Assembly (NCBI GenBank): GCA_016223045.1
Contig: JACRPT010000146.1
Coordinates: 1,760 to 65,759 of the forward strand
Length of the DNA: 64,000 nucleotides
Origin: Candidatus Eiseniibacteriota bacterium
GTDB lineage: Bacteria > Eisenbacteria > RBG-16-71-46
Reading direction: 5' to 3'
Shown here piece by piece: positions 19,625 through 34,700 of the stretch (positions are counted from its first letter, which is position 1; every line of letters begins with the position of its first letter). The position numbers and the translations under genes are program-made. The notes under the pieces were generated by a model. It made no database searches. It worked only from the letters and a program-made list of their open reading frames with translations, and had not been told where the DNA came from.

Positions 19625-19903
19625 ACGCGGCGGGAAGCGCGCCCGAGGCCGGACGGCCCCTCGTGGCCTCGGCGCGGCGCCGGCACGGACTGCACCTGCG
19701 GGCACTCGCGCGACCTTCTTCCCGCGCGCTCGCGCCGCGCCCCGGCGTCGGGCGGTCATGGCCGACACTACGCGACGGCGCGGTGCGGCACCCCTCCCGC
19801 GGCCTGCCGCGCGGTCTGCAGCGCATGACCCCGACCGGGGGAAGCTGCTAGTCTCCCGGGGCTTCTGACCCTCCATCACCTCCCCCAGCCCCCGGAGCCT
19901 TCC

Positions 19904-20380
19904 ATGCCCGAAGCGCAGGCGAACATCCGCGTGCGTCCATTGGACGAGCTCGACATCGGCGCCATCGTCCGCATCGATGAGCGCATCACCGGCATCTACC
20001 GTCCCGAGGTCTGGGAGCAGCGGGTCGGCTACTACCTGAGGCGCGACCCCGAGGCCTGCCGGGTGGCCGAAGCGGACGGGAAGGTGGTGGGCTTCATGCT
20101 GGCGGACCTGCGGGCCGGGGAGTTCGGGCTGGAGGAGCCGGGCGGCTGGATCGAGCGCTTCGGCATCGACCCCGACTGGCGCGGGCGCGACCTCGGGCGA
20201 CTCCTGTTCGAGGCGATCGTGGCCCACCTGAAGGCGGCGGGCGCAGCCAGCGTGCGCACCCTCGCCGATCGTGGCGACACGCGGATCACGGGCTTCCTCC
20301 AGAAGCTCGGGTTCGCGCCGTCGCCCCTGCAGGCGCTCGAGATCAGGCTGGCGCAACCACCGGGAGAGCAGCGGCGATGA
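19904..20380 (+). CDS. GNAT family N-acetyltransferase
   Basis: GNAT fold with an acetyl-CoA-site motif (RGRDLGRLLF). The stop overlaps the downstream ATG. Confidence 0.7.
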   Translation: MPEAQANIRVRPLDELDIGAIVRIDERITGIYRPEVWEQRVGYYLRRDPEACRVAEADGKVVGFMLADLRAGEFGLEEPGGWIERFGIDPDWRGRDLGRLLFEAIVAHLKAAGAASVRTLADRGDTRITGFLQKLGFAPSPLQALEIRLAQPPGEQRR

Positions 20381-21723
20381 AGGTGCACGAGATCACGCTC
20401 GAGAAGAAGTACCACGACGCGGTCGAGCACTGGCGCCGCCACAACTTCAAGGACTACGAGCTGCTGCTCGAGAACTGGGACAGGTACTTCCCGACCGACG
20501 AGCGCTTCTGCCTGTGCGCCAAACTGGAGCTGGGCACCTCCGACCAGGTGCAGGTGGGCGAGCACCGGGGCGAGAAGAAGCGCGTCGCGCCCGACGAGCT
20601 GACCGAGGAGGAGGCCAGGCACCTGCTCGGCATCATCCGCGCGCAGGCCTCGACCGAGTTCGGCTCGATCCAGCAGCACTCCGGCACGCTCGAGCGCGCG
20701 CACGACGACCAGGACCGCTTCTGGGTGCTGCGCGTGATGGCCGAGGAGCTGCGTCACGGCTACCAGATGATCCACCTGCTGCTGTCGCAGGACTGGAGCA
20801 AGGCCTCGGGCGGCGTGACCGGGCGCGAGATGGTCGAGGAGATCCTCTCGATGCAGACCGGGAACCACGTGCTCGACGCCTTCAACCTCGACTACGACTC
20901 GTTCCTCGACAACATCACGTTCGCGGCGCTCATCGACCGCGTCGGCAAGTACCAGCTCACCATGCAGAAGGTGTGCGCGTACCGGCCGATGGCCGACAGC
21001 ATGCCGCCGATGCTGCGCGAGGAGGCGTTCCACCTGGCGGCCGGCGTGATCCCGCTCAGGCGCTGGGCGAAGCGCGCGGCCGCGGGCGACCCGTTCATCA
21101 CCATGACCGCCATCCAGCACGCCGTGAACAAGTGGCTGCCGCGCGGGCTCGAGATGTTCGGCGACGAACGCGGCGGCGAGACCAACGTGAAGTTCGGCTT
21201 CAAGGACATGAAGAACCGCGAGGCGCAGGACCTGTACCTCGAAGAGGTGCGCCGGATGATCCGCGACATCAACGCGCGGTTCCTGCGCGCGCGCTTCCCC
21301 GAGATCGGCGCCGAGCAGGCCGAGCAGGTGCTCGCCGACCTCGAGCGGAACCGCGGCGCGCACCGCGGCGTGCGCCACGACGACCTCTTGCGCCTGCCGG
21401 ACCGGCGCTTCTTCCGCCGCAAGGGCGAGCCCGCGTTCGCGATGGTGGGCGTGGATGGCGAGGCGTTCACCGACGTCGAGGAGTACCTGCGCCACCTGGC
21501 GAAGAACCTCAACGAGGGCTACGTCGCCAGCCGCGACATGCGCAACTACGCCGAGGCGCTGCGCGGCGTGGCCGCCGGCACGCTCGCGGTCGCCGACGCC
21601 GTGAAGAAGATGCCGAAGCTCAAGCGCGTGGGTGGCACCTGCCCGTGCTCGAAGGGTGTGCGCTGGGTGATGGAGGAAGGCGAGGGAGCGCCGGGCGCGC
21701 CCGCGAGCGGCGCCGGAGCGTAG
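20377..21723 (+). CDS. diiron-carboxylate oxygenase, BoxB (benzoyl-CoA oxygenase component B)-like
   Basis: Two ExxH motifs (MAEELRHGY, LREEAFHLA) about 90 aa apart, with additional carboxylates about 30 aa upstream (EFGSIQQH) and between them. This is a ferritin-like diiron spacing that matches BoxB as I remember it. 448 aa. Confidence 0.55.
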   Translation: MKVHEITLEKKYHDAVEHWRRHNFKDYELLLENWDRYFPTDERFCLCAKLELGTSDQVQVGEHRGEKKRVAPDELTEEEARHLLGIIRAQASTEFGSIQQHSGTLERAHDDQDRFWVLRVMAEELRHGYQMIHLLLSQDWSKASGGVTGREMVEEILSMQTGNHVLDAFNLDYDSFLDNITFAALIDRVGKYQLTMQKVCAYRPMADSMPPMLREEAFHLAAGVIPLRRWAKRAAAGDPFITMTAIQHAVNKWLPRGLEMFGDERGGETNVKFGFKDMKNREAQDLYLEEVRRMIRDINARFLRARFPEIGAEQAEQVLADLERNRGAHRGVRHDDLLRLPDRRFFRRKGEPAFAMVGVDGEAFTDVEEYLRHLAKNLNEGYVASRDMRNYAEALRGVAAGTLAVADAVKKMPKLKRVGGTCPCSKGVRWVMEEGEGAPGAPASGAGA

Positions 21724-21877
21724 CCGTTCACGAGCCGTCGCCGGGCCGGTAGCTGATCGCCGCCCTCTCCCCCGGTCCTTCCGCACACCTCGACCCGGCG
21801 TGACAAGCGCCGCCCGGCGCCTCTATCATTCGCTGCCTTGCTTCGCCGCTGACGGCATCGCACGCACCGGAGTCCTC

Positions 21878-23542
21878 ATGCCACGCCCCCCGCACGTCGC
21901 CTACTTCTGCATGGAGTTCGGCCTGCACGAGTCCTTCCCGATCTACTCGGGCGGGCTCGGCATCCTGGCCGGGGACTTCATCAAGTCGGCCCACGACCTC
22001 AAGCTCCCGGTGGTCGGCGTGGGCCTGTTGTGGGAGCGCGGCTACGGCATCCAGCGCGTCGGCCCCGACGGGCTGCCGGTGGACGAGTTCCCGACCTACG
22101 ACCGCGGCTTCCTGCGCGACACCGGCGTGCGCGTGCGCGTGCTGGTGCGCGGCACCGAAGTGCCGTGCTCGGTGTGGCAGACCACGCGTTTCGGCAACGT
22201 CCCGCTCTACCTGATCCAGCCGATGCGCGAGAGCGACCGCTGGATCACGCACCGGCTCTACGAGGCCGGCACGGACGTGCGCATCGCGCAGGAGATGCTG
22301 CTCGGCATCGGCGGCGCGCGCGCCCTGAACTGGCTCGGCATCCCGATCTCGACCTACCACTTCAACGAGGGGCACGCGGTCTTCGCGGGCGCGGAGACCA
22401 TCGCCGACCGCATGGAAGGCGGCATGACCTTCCCCGAGGCGTGGGCCGAGACGCGCCGGCAGATCGTGTTCACCACCCACACCCCGGTGAAGGCGGGCAA
22501 CGAGGAGCACCAGCTCAAGGACCTGCGGCGCATGGGCGCCTGCCTCCAGCTCTCGGGCGCGGAGATGCGTGACATCGGCGGCGACCCGTTCAACATGACG
22601 GTGGCGGGCCTGCGGCTCGCGCGCCTCGCGAACGCCGTGTCCGAGCTGCACGGCGAGACCGCGCGCACCATGTGGAAGCACGTCGAGAACGCGGCGCCCA
22701 TCGTCTCGGTCACCAACGGCGTGCACCAGCCGACCTGGCAGTCACCGGAGATCCGCGACGCCGGTGCCGATCCCGCGAAGCTGTGGGCGGCGCACGAGGC
22801 GCACAAGCGCGCGCTGACCGCGCTCATCGAGGAGCGCGCCCGGGTGAAGATGGACCCCGACCGGCTCCTGATCGGCTTCGCGCGCCGGGCGGCCGGCTAC
22901 AAGCGCTCGGACCTGATCGTGCGCGATGAGACCCGGCTCCAGTGGCTGCTCGGGAAGGGCGCCAACATCGTGCTCTCGGGCAAGGCCCACCCCGACGACA
23001 AGTTCGGCAAGACCATCGTGCAGCGCCTGGTGGCCACCGCCGGGAAGCACCCGGGCCGCGTGGTCTATCTCGAGAACTACGACATGGTGCTGAGCCGCGC
23101 GATGACGCGCGGCTGCGACGTGTGGCTCAACAACCCGATCCGGCCGCTCGAGGCGAGCGGCACCTCCGGCATGAAGGCGGGGATGAACGGCGTCCTGAAC
23201 CTGAGCATCCTCGACGGCTGGTGGCCCGAGGCCTGCGAGCACGGCGTGAACGGCTGGGCCATCGGCGACAAGCTCTCCGGCGACGACGAGCGCGACCTCG
23301 CCTCGCTCTACGGCACGCTCGAGAAGGACGTGCTGCCCGCGTGGAGCGACCGGGCGCGCTGGGTGCGGATGATGCAGGCCAGCATCGCGACCTGCACCAC
23401 GCGCTTCTCCTCCGACCGCATGGTGCGCGACTACTTCGCGAAGCTGTACGCGGCGGAGGGGACCGGGCCCCCCGCGCCGCCGGCCGCCGAGCCGGCGCCG
23501 CAGGCGGCTCCTGGCAGCAGCGCCCCTGAAAGCAACGCTTGA
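21878..23542 (+). CDS. glgP: alpha-glucan (glycogen) phosphorylase, GT35 short form
   Basis: PLP-lysine motif EASGTSGMK and an N-terminal MEFGLHESFPIYSGGLGILAGD region characteristic of alpha-glucan phosphorylases. Confidence 0.85.
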   Translation: MPRPPHVAYFCMEFGLHESFPIYSGGLGILAGDFIKSAHDLKLPVVGVGLLWERGYGIQRVGPDGLPVDEFPTYDRGFLRDTGVRVRVLVRGTEVPCSVWQTTRFGNVPLYLIQPMRESDRWITHRLYEAGTDVRIAQEMLLGIGGARALNWLGIPISTYHFNEGHAVFAGAETIADRMEGGMTFPEAWAETRRQIVFTTHTPVKAGNEEHQLKDLRRMGACLQLSGAEMRDIGGDPFNMTVAGLRLARLANAVSELHGETARTMWKHVENAAPIVSVTNGVHQPTWQSPEIRDAGADPAKLWAAHEAHKRALTALIEERARVKMDPDRLLIGFARRAAGYKRSDLIVRDETRLQWLLGKGANIVLSGKAHPDDKFGKTIVQRLVATAGKHPGRVVYLENYDMVLSRAMTRGCDVWLNNPIRPLEASGTSGMKAGMNGVLNLSILDGWWPEACEHGVNGWAIGDKLSGDDERDLASLYGTLEKDVLPAWSDRARWVRMMQASIATCTTRFSSDRMVRDYFAKLYAAEGTGPPAPPAAEPAPQAAPGSSAPESNA

Positions 23543-23661
23543 CCGCGGCGCACCGCGGCCGGTAGCCTTTCCGCATGTTCAACCGCGCGTCGTACGTCTG
23601 CGCCTACGCTTACCCCCCGCGGGGGTGGGCCTCGGCGTGACGTAGCGACGTCCCGCGCTCG

Positions 23662-23698
23662 ACCCACTTCCGCTCGCGGAGGTGGGTCTTTCGTTTCC
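23662..23698 (+). terminator. GC-rich hairpin followed by a T-rich tract (terminator/attenuator-like) upstream of the CM-PDH gene
   Basis: ACCCACTTCCGC-tc-GCGGAGGTGGGT (a 12-bp stem with one mismatch) followed by CTTTCGTTTCC. It lies 120 bp after the glgP stop and 30 bp before the CM-PDH start. Confidence 0.35.
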
Positions 23699-23727
23699 CC
23701 CTCCGCGGCAGCTCCGAGGGAGGGAAC

Positions 23728-24906
23728 ATGTCCGCCGACACGCCATCCACCGCCCCGACCATCGCCGCGGTGCGCGGCGCGGTGCAGGTGCGCGCCAACA
23801 CCGCCGCCGATGTCCTCGAGGCCACCACGCGCCTGCTGGTGGCCCTGCTCGACGCGAACCGGCTGGCGCCCGAGCGTGTGGTGAGCGCGGTCTTCACCAC
23901 CACCGAGGACCTCGACGCCGACTTCCCGGCCCACGCCGCGCGGCGGCTGGGCTGGAGCGACGTGCCGATGCTCAACGCGCGGGAGATCCCGGTGCCGGGA
24001 GCGATGGAGCGCGTGGTGCGCGTGCTCCTGACCGTGCGCGACGTGCCGCGCGGCGCGCGGCTCGTGCCCGTCTACCTGGACGGCGCCGCGGCGCTGCGAC
24101 CCGACCTGGTGACGCGCGCGGCGCCGGCAGCGTCCGCGTCCGCGCGCCGGCTCGCGCTCATCGGCCTCGGGCAGATCGGCGGCTCGATCGGGCTCTCGCT
24201 CGCGGGGGCTCCCGGCTGGCATCGCGTGGGCTTCGACGCGGACGCCGTCACCGCCGGACACGCGTTCGCGGCCGGTGCGGTGGACGAGCTGGCACCGACG
24301 CTCGCCGCGGCCTGCGCGGGCGCGGAGATCGCGGTGATCGCCACGCCGGTGGACACGCTCGCGGCGCTCGTCGAGGCCGCGGCCGCCGCGCTGCCGCCTG
24401 GCGCCGCGCTGCTCGACACCGGGAGTGCGCGCGGGCCCGTCACGCCGGCGCTCCGGCGCGCCGCGGCACGCGGCATCGCCGCGGTGGGCGGCCACCCGAG
24501 CGCGGGCCACGAGGGCCGCGGCTTCGCGGCCGCGCGCGCCGGGCTGTTCGCCGGCGCGGCGTTCGCGCTGCTGCCGGTGCGTGGCGCGGTGCCCGACGTG
24601 GTGCAGGCGCTGGTGCGCGACCTCGGCGCGCGGCCCGTCGAGGTGGAGCCCGAGGCGCACGACCGCGCGCTCGCGCGCACCAGCCACCTCCCCTACCTGA
24701 TGGCATGCGCGCTGCGCAGGCTGGGAGGCGCCGAGGCGGCGCGCGACCTCGCCGGGTCGGGCTTCCGCGACATGACGCGGCTCGCGGCGAGCGATCCGCG
24801 GATGGCCGAGGCCTACTGTCGCGCCAACGCCCGCGAAGTGGCGGGCGCCTGGCGCCTGCTGCGCGACGCGCTGGACCGGAGGATCGCGGCGCTGGGCGAA
24901 GCCTAG
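23728..24906 (+). CDS. bifunctional AroH-type chorismate mutase / prephenate (arogenate) dehydrogenase
   Basis: The N-terminal 120 aa match AroH-class chorismate mutase (IAAVRGAVQV ... VFTTTEDL ... FPA). Next comes a Rossmann GxGxxG (LALIGLGQIGGSIG) and a TyrA-like dehydrogenase domain. Confidence 0.7.
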   Translation: MSADTPSTAPTIAAVRGAVQVRANTAADVLEATTRLLVALLDANRLAPERVVSAVFTTTEDLDADFPAHAARRLGWSDVPMLNAREIPVPGAMERVVRVLLTVRDVPRGARLVPVYLDGAAALRPDLVTRAAPAASASARRLALIGLGQIGGSIGLSLAGAPGWHRVGFDADAVTAGHAFAAGAVDELAPTLAAACAGAEIAVIATPVDTLAALVEAAAAALPPGAALLDTGSARGPVTPALRRAAARGIAAVGGHPSAGHEGRGFAAARAGLFAGAAFALLPVRGAVPDVVQALVRDLGARPVEVEPEAHDRALARTSHLPYLMACALRRLGGAEAARDLAGSGFRDMTRLAASDPRMAEAYCRANAREVAGAWRLLRDALDRRIAALGEA

Positions 24907-24974
24907 CGCTCCGCGCGGGCCCCCCGGCGAGGGCGGGGCGGTCGCCGGAACGACAGGCCCTTCTCGACCGGGCC

Positions 24975-25467
24975 CTACCCCGCCACTTCCTCCGGCGCGA
25001 CCTTCACCGCCGCGAGCGCGGCGAGGTACTCCTCGGGCAGCCGGTGGTGGCGCGCGCCGCGCAGGATGGCGTCGAGGTAGCGGCGCGAGGGCGGCTGCGG
25101 GTTGGCGGGGTGCGCCAGGTAGGTCGCGACGCGGATGCGGCGCGGCACCGAGCCGTCGTCGGGGCGCACCAGCTCCACGGTGACCTGCACGCGGTCGTAG
25201 ATGTTGTGCGGGTCGCCCTCGGCCCGGAATCCCTCGTAGCCATCGAGCGCGCGCAGGTCGTCGTCGTCCAGCTCGAACAGCATCCCCCACACCGTGGCGA
25301 TGTGGGCGGGCTGGACGCTCGCCACGCCGCCGCCCCAGCGGTTCGAGAACAGCGGGAACACCAGCCGGTGGTCGTGGAGCGCCGCGAGGCCCACCACGCG
25401 ATGGCGCGGACAGCGCTCGCGCATCTGTTCCGGGTCCAGGTTCGAGCCGTAGGCGAAGTAGAGCATC
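24975..25467 (-). CDS. gamma-glutamyl cyclotransferase (AIG2/GGCT-like)
   Basis: N-terminal YFAYGSNL motif and the overall AIG2-like pattern. The start is placed at MLYFAYG (the exact start codon may be off by 1 bp). Confidence 0.7.
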
Positions 25468-25488
25468 GGGCCTCCCGATGGGGCCGTG

Positions 25489-25700
25489 GGGGAACTGCGG
25501 CTCCAGCATACCCCGGAACGGGTGCGCCGCGCGCGGTGGACTCGCGTGCTCCGTCGCTTCACGGACGGAGGCCGCCGCCGGGGCAGCGCGCGGTGGACTC
25601 GCCCGAGCCACCGAATCCCGGTCGGAGGCCGCCGCGGGGTGCGCCACGCGGTGGACTCGCCCCGGAGCGCCGGATAAGATGCCGGCTCCCGGCGCCAGCA
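25489..25700. repeat. three tandem 57-58-bp repeats, each containing GCGCGGTGGACTCGC and CGGAGGCCGCCGC blocks
   Basis: The GGTGGACTCGC cores lie at about 25535, 25592 and 25650, between divergent GGCT and PIG-L genes. A fourth GGTGGACTCGC copy occurs at 53992-54002, 55 bp upstream of the 54056 gene. Confidence 0.6.
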
Positions 25701-25741
25701 GCGGTCGCGCACCCTCACCCCCCATCCCGGAGACCTCACCG

Positions 25742-26470
25742 ATGGCTGTGGACCTGCTCGCTTTCGGCCCCCATCCCGACGATGCGGAGATCGGCTGCGG
25801 CGCGATGCTCCGCAAGATGAAGGACCTCGGGCACTCGACCGGGATCGTGGACATGACCACCGGCGACATGGGCTGGGGCACCCCGGAGATCCGGCTCGAG
25901 GAATGCGCGGAGGCGGCGCGCATCCTCGGGCTCGACGTACGCGAGAACCTCGACCTCGGCGACTGCCGCATCGAGGACACCTTCGAGAACCGCTCCAAGG
26001 TCGCGGCCGTCATCCGCAGGCACCGGCCGCAGGTCGTGCTCGCGCCCTACTACAACCTGCCGATCGGCCGCGGCCTCGGCCACAACGACCACTACAAGAC
26101 CGGGCAGATCGTCGCCAACGCCTACAACCTCGCGCACCTGCGCAAGGCGCCGGTGGAAGGCGAACCCTGGCAGGCGAAGGCGATCTACTACTACTTCCTG
26201 CCGCCCGGCGTGTCGCCCACGTTCATCGTGGACGTCTCGGACACCTACGACGCCTGGATGAAGGCGCTCGACTGCCATCAGAGCCAGTTCCACAACCCCG
26301 AGCGGCCGCGCCCCGCGGAGCTGCCGCAGGTCCACGACCTGTTCCAGTCGTTCGCGCGCTACTGGGGCTGGCAGGTCGGGGTGAAGTACGCGCAGGCCTT
26401 CCTGTCCACCGGGCCGTTGCGGATCGGCGACCCGCTCATGCTGGTCAAGGACGTGATCCCGCGCCCCTGA
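25742..26470 (+). CDS. PIG-L/LmbE-family N-acetylglucosaminyl deacetylase
   Basis: N-terminal AFGPHPDDAEIGCG (the HPDD zinc-binding signature) and HxDH further on. Confidence 0.8.
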   Translation: MAVDLLAFGPHPDDAEIGCGAMLRKMKDLGHSTGIVDMTTGDMGWGTPEIRLEECAEAARILGLDVRENLDLGDCRIEDTFENRSKVAAVIRRHRPQVVLAPYYNLPIGRGLGHNDHYKTGQIVANAYNLAHLRKAPVEGEPWQAKAIYYYFLPPGVSPTFIVDVSDTYDAWMKALDCHQSQFHNPERPRPAELPQVHDLFQSFARYWGWQVGVKYAQAFLSTGPLRIGDPLMLVKDVIPRP

Positions 26471-26515
26471 ATCCGCGCGGCGCCCGCTCGCGCCGCCGCA
26501 GAGCCCGGAGCCCCG

Positions 26516-28266
26516 ATGCGCCCGCTCCTGAAGCGCGTTCCTCCCGTCGCGACGCTGGCGCTGCTGCTCGCGACGTGCGTCCCGGCGGCCGCCGCGCCGG
26601 CGGGATCCGCCGACGCGCAGTTCGAGCGCCTCGCCCACGAGTACCTGGACGGCTGGCTCGCGCGCCGTCCGGACCTGGCGACGCGGCTCGGGCTCCATCG
26701 CGAAGACGCGCTCCTCTCGCCTGTGTCCCAGGCCACGCTCGCCGAGGACGCCGCGCGGGCGCGTTCTCTCCAGGCGCGTCTCGCCGCCATCCCGCGCGAT
26801 CGGCTCTCGTTCGAGCGCGCGCTCGACCATGACCTGCTGGCCGCGCGGCTGGCCCGCGAGCGGCTCGATCTCGAGGTGCTGCGTCCCTTCGAGCGCGACC
26901 CCGGTGCCTATGTCGAGCTGGTGGCGGGCTCGGTGCAATCGCTGCTCGAGCACGACTCCGCTTCGCCGTGCTCGCGCGTGCGCGCGGTGGCGGCGCGGCT
27001 GGACCTGGTGCCGGAGGTGCTGCGCGCGGCGCGCATCAACCTGCGCGACCCGTCACGGCTCGCCATCGAGGAGGCGATCGGGCGCTTCGAGGGCACGCTC
27101 CGCCTCTACCGCGAAGCGCTGCCCGCGCTGGCGGCGGGCTGCCGCGACGATCGCGCCCAGGCCGACCTCGCCGAGGCCGACACCACCGCGATCCGCGCGG
27201 TCGAGGACTTCCTCGTCACCCTGCGCGAGGACCTGCTGCCACGCGCGACTGACGACTTCGCAGCCGGCGACTCGGCACTGCGCATCCTGATCGCGACCGA
27301 TGAGCGGGAGCCGATCCCGCTCGATTCGCTGCGCGCGGCGGGCGAGCAGGAGATGGACTCGACGCGCGCCCGCATGGCGCGGCTCGCCGGGCGCATCGCG
27401 CCGGGCGGCGGCGTGGCCGCGGCGCTGGATTCACTGCGTGCGTACGCGCCCACCGACACGGCGCTGGTCGCGGCGCTCTCGTCCGCGGTCGCGGGGGTGC
27501 GTGCCTTCCTCGGGACGCACGCGATCGTGACGCCGCCCGGGCGCGAGAACCTGCGGGTGCGCGAGGCCCCGCCCTTCGCGCGCGCTGCCGACGCCGTCAC
27601 GCTGGACCTTCCCGGACCCTGGGAACGCGAGGGGGCCGAGGCGGGCCTCGAGGTGGTCCCGATCGAGCCCGGCTGGGGCGAGGAGCGCAGGCGCGAGCAC
27701 CGGTCCTCGTTCGACCCGTGGTCGGCAGTCGTGGCCGCCATTCGCGAGGCGGTGCCCGGGCGCTACTATCAGGCGCTGGCGGCGCGGCGCGCGCCCTCGC
27801 GACTGCGCCAGGCGGTGGACTGTGCCGAGAGCGTTCGCGGCTGGGCGGACTACTGCGAGGCGATGATGATCCAGCAGGGCTTCGGCGAAGGCGACCCGCG
27901 CTACGAGTTGGCGCAGCAGGCGATCGCCCTGCGGCGCCTCGGGCGCTTCGTCGCGGCCATCGAGCTGCACACGCGGCAGGTCACCCTCGAGCAGGCGGCG
28001 GCGATGCTCGAGGCCCGCTGTTTCCTCGCGCCCGCCGAGGCGCGGCGCGAGGCGCGCCGCGCGGCGCGCGACCCGGACGCCATCGCGGGCACGTGCGGGC
28101 GCTGGCGCATCCTGGCGTTGCGCGGCGAGCTCGAGCGCGCACTCGGGCCCCGCTTCCAGCTCGCGGCGTTCCACGATGCGTTCCTGCGCCCGGGCCGCGT
28201 GCCGCTGCGGGCGGCGCGCGCGGCGCTGTTCCGGGAGCTGGCCGGCGCGCCGGAGGGACGGAAGCC

Positions 28267-28270
<4 letters not shown>
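26516..28270 (+). CDS. secreted DUF885-family protein
   Basis: Signal peptide. GWADYCE and HT/Q-rich motifs resemble DUF885 (a putative metallopeptidase-like family). 584 aa. Confidence 0.65.
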
Positions 28271-33348
<5,078 letters not shown>

Positions 33349-33510
33349 AACTGCGTGTATTCTCGCGGTCTGTGGGGTTTTCGCCCCGCGCATCTCGTCA
33401 AAATCCTCGAATCGCCACCCCGCGACACACCGCGCCACCGGGCCGGCGCTCGTCTGTCAATCCTCTGCCACACAACGGCTTGAAGACATGATCGCCGCGC
33501 GCATGCGGAC

Positions 33511-33526
33511 CGGCACGGTCCTCGCC
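33511..33526 (+). promoter_or_regulatory. weak candidate sigma-54 promoter cGGCAC-N5-TcGC upstream of the small secreted ORF
   Basis: cGGCACggtccTcGCc has correct GG-N10-GC spacing, about 50 bp upstream of 33578. Degenerate. Confidence 0.25.
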
Positions 33527-33577
33527 CTGTGAGGTTCACGTCCCCCTGGACCGTCGAACCCTCACCCGGAGACTCCC

Positions 33578-33883
33578 ATGCGCCTCGCCCGACTCCTCGC
33601 ACTCACCCTCACCCTGCTCTGCCTCTGCGTCGGCGCCGCCAGCGCTCAAATGGGCGTTCCGCCGACCACGGGGGGGACCAGCCTCCAGCAGACCGCGCCC
33701 GAACCGACCACCTCGCCCGCCGGCTACGGCGACTGGCTCACCAGCCTCACGGCGCGACTTGGCGACCGCTTCGCCCTGGCCGCGCAGAGCTGGCTGATGC
33801 CGGTGCGCCGGCCGGTGGCGGCGGTGGCGCCCGATCGGGCCCCCGCACCGCGCGTGGCCGTGACCCCGCGCCGGAAGCCGTAG
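33578..33883 (+). CDS. small secreted protein (hypothetical)
   Basis: Signal-peptide-like N-terminus (MRLARLLALTLTLLCLCVGAASAQ). GGAG lies 8 nt upstream. The body is compositionally biased (Pro/Ala-rich), so this call is uncertain. Confidence 0.4.
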   Translation: MRLARLLALTLTLLCLCVGAASAQMGVPPTTGGTSLQQTAPEPTTSPAGYGDWLTSLTARLGDRFALAAQSWLMPVRRPVAAVAPDRAPAPRVAVTPRRKP

Positions 33884-33964
33884 ATGCCGACAGCGCTGCC
33901 CGTGTGCACTTGGGCAGCGCCCGCTCGCATGGAGTACCACACGCTCAAGGAGGAGGTTGTCACG

Positions 33965-34699
33965 ATGACCCGCTTCATCTTGGCACTCGTAATCGGACTG
34001 GCCCTCGCGGGGGGCACCGCAAGCGCAGCCCCCGAGAAGATCGACGCGGGCAACCCGACGTACTTCAGTGGGAACCAGCGGAACCTCCCGGTCAGCATGA
34101 CGTTGACCCCGCAGGCAGCCGTACAGTGGGCCTACACGATGCCCGCCGTACAGGCTGCGGTGCAGGAGATGCAGCGCCGGGGCTACATCGCACACCCGGA
34201 GTACGACAACGCCGTGAACGTGAACGATCCGCCTTCGACCTTCGTAACCCTGTCATTCGAAAAGCCCGGCCTCACAACGCCCTCGAACATCTCCGGTGCA
34301 CCCGCCATCATCATCGGTACGGTACTGCAACCGGATGGCACCGCGTTCACGAATGCGACGGGCGGGCTCGCCTTCGTCAACTGGGACACCGGTCTGTGCC
34401 AGAGTGCCGAAGAGTACCCGGAGTTCCAGTACAGCGACCCGAGCTTCGACGTGATGGACTACTACATCACGAGTACCGGCATCCGCCGCCCCCTCCCGCA
34501 ACCCGTGATCTTGGGCGCAACGGATTCGCCGGGCGACAAGAAGTTCCGCAAGTTCATGGGTTGTACGACCATTGTCGCCGCGGGCGCGCTCGTCAAGGCC
34601 GCGCTGACCCCACCACCAATCCCCCAGAAGGTCGTGATTGACGCGGCGCTCACGACGATCTTCGGCGCAATTGCATGCGCCAATGGCATCTTCAACTGA
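33965..34699 (+). CDS. secreted protein, paralogue A (Gly/Ala-rich hydrophobic C-terminus)
   Basis: Strong RBS AAGGAGGAGG-N8-ATG. Signal peptide MTRFILALVIGLALAGGTASA. Paralogous to 35995..36828 (shared MPxxQ..Q.RGY and FEKPG blocks). Lower GC than the flanks. Confidence 0.65.
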   Translation: MTRFILALVIGLALAGGTASAAPEKIDAGNPTYFSGNQRNLPVSMTLTPQAAVQWAYTMPAVQAAVQEMQRRGYIAHPEYDNAVNVNDPPSTFVTLSFEKPGLTTPSNISGAPAIIIGTVLQPDGTAFTNATGGLAFVNWDTGLCQSAEEYPEFQYSDPSFDVMDYYITSTGIRRPLPQPVILGATDSPGDKKFRKFMGCTTIVAAGALVKAALTPPPIPQKVVIDAALTTIFGAIACANGIFN

Positions 34700-34700
34700 C

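Noticed and set aside
19830-19860. Putative hairpin CCGGGGGA…TCCCGGGG upstream of the GNAT gene
   Set aside because: Only about 4 bp pair on inspection, which is too weak.
17762-20356. 864-aa antisense ORF
   Set aside because: Arg/Ala/Gly/Pro-rich low-complexity translation typical of the GC-rich opposite strand. It overlaps well-supported sense genes (alpha/beta hydrolase, GNAT).
23431-26013. 860-aa antisense ORF
   Set aside because: Low-complexity, and it overlaps four sense-strand genes that have clear family motifs.
27718-28266. Longer N-terminal extension of the giant regulator (ORF start 27718)
   Set aside because: The extension overlaps the DUF885 gene in another frame. The kinase Gly-loop begins right after the GTG at 28267, and GTGA coupling is seen repeatedly in this window.
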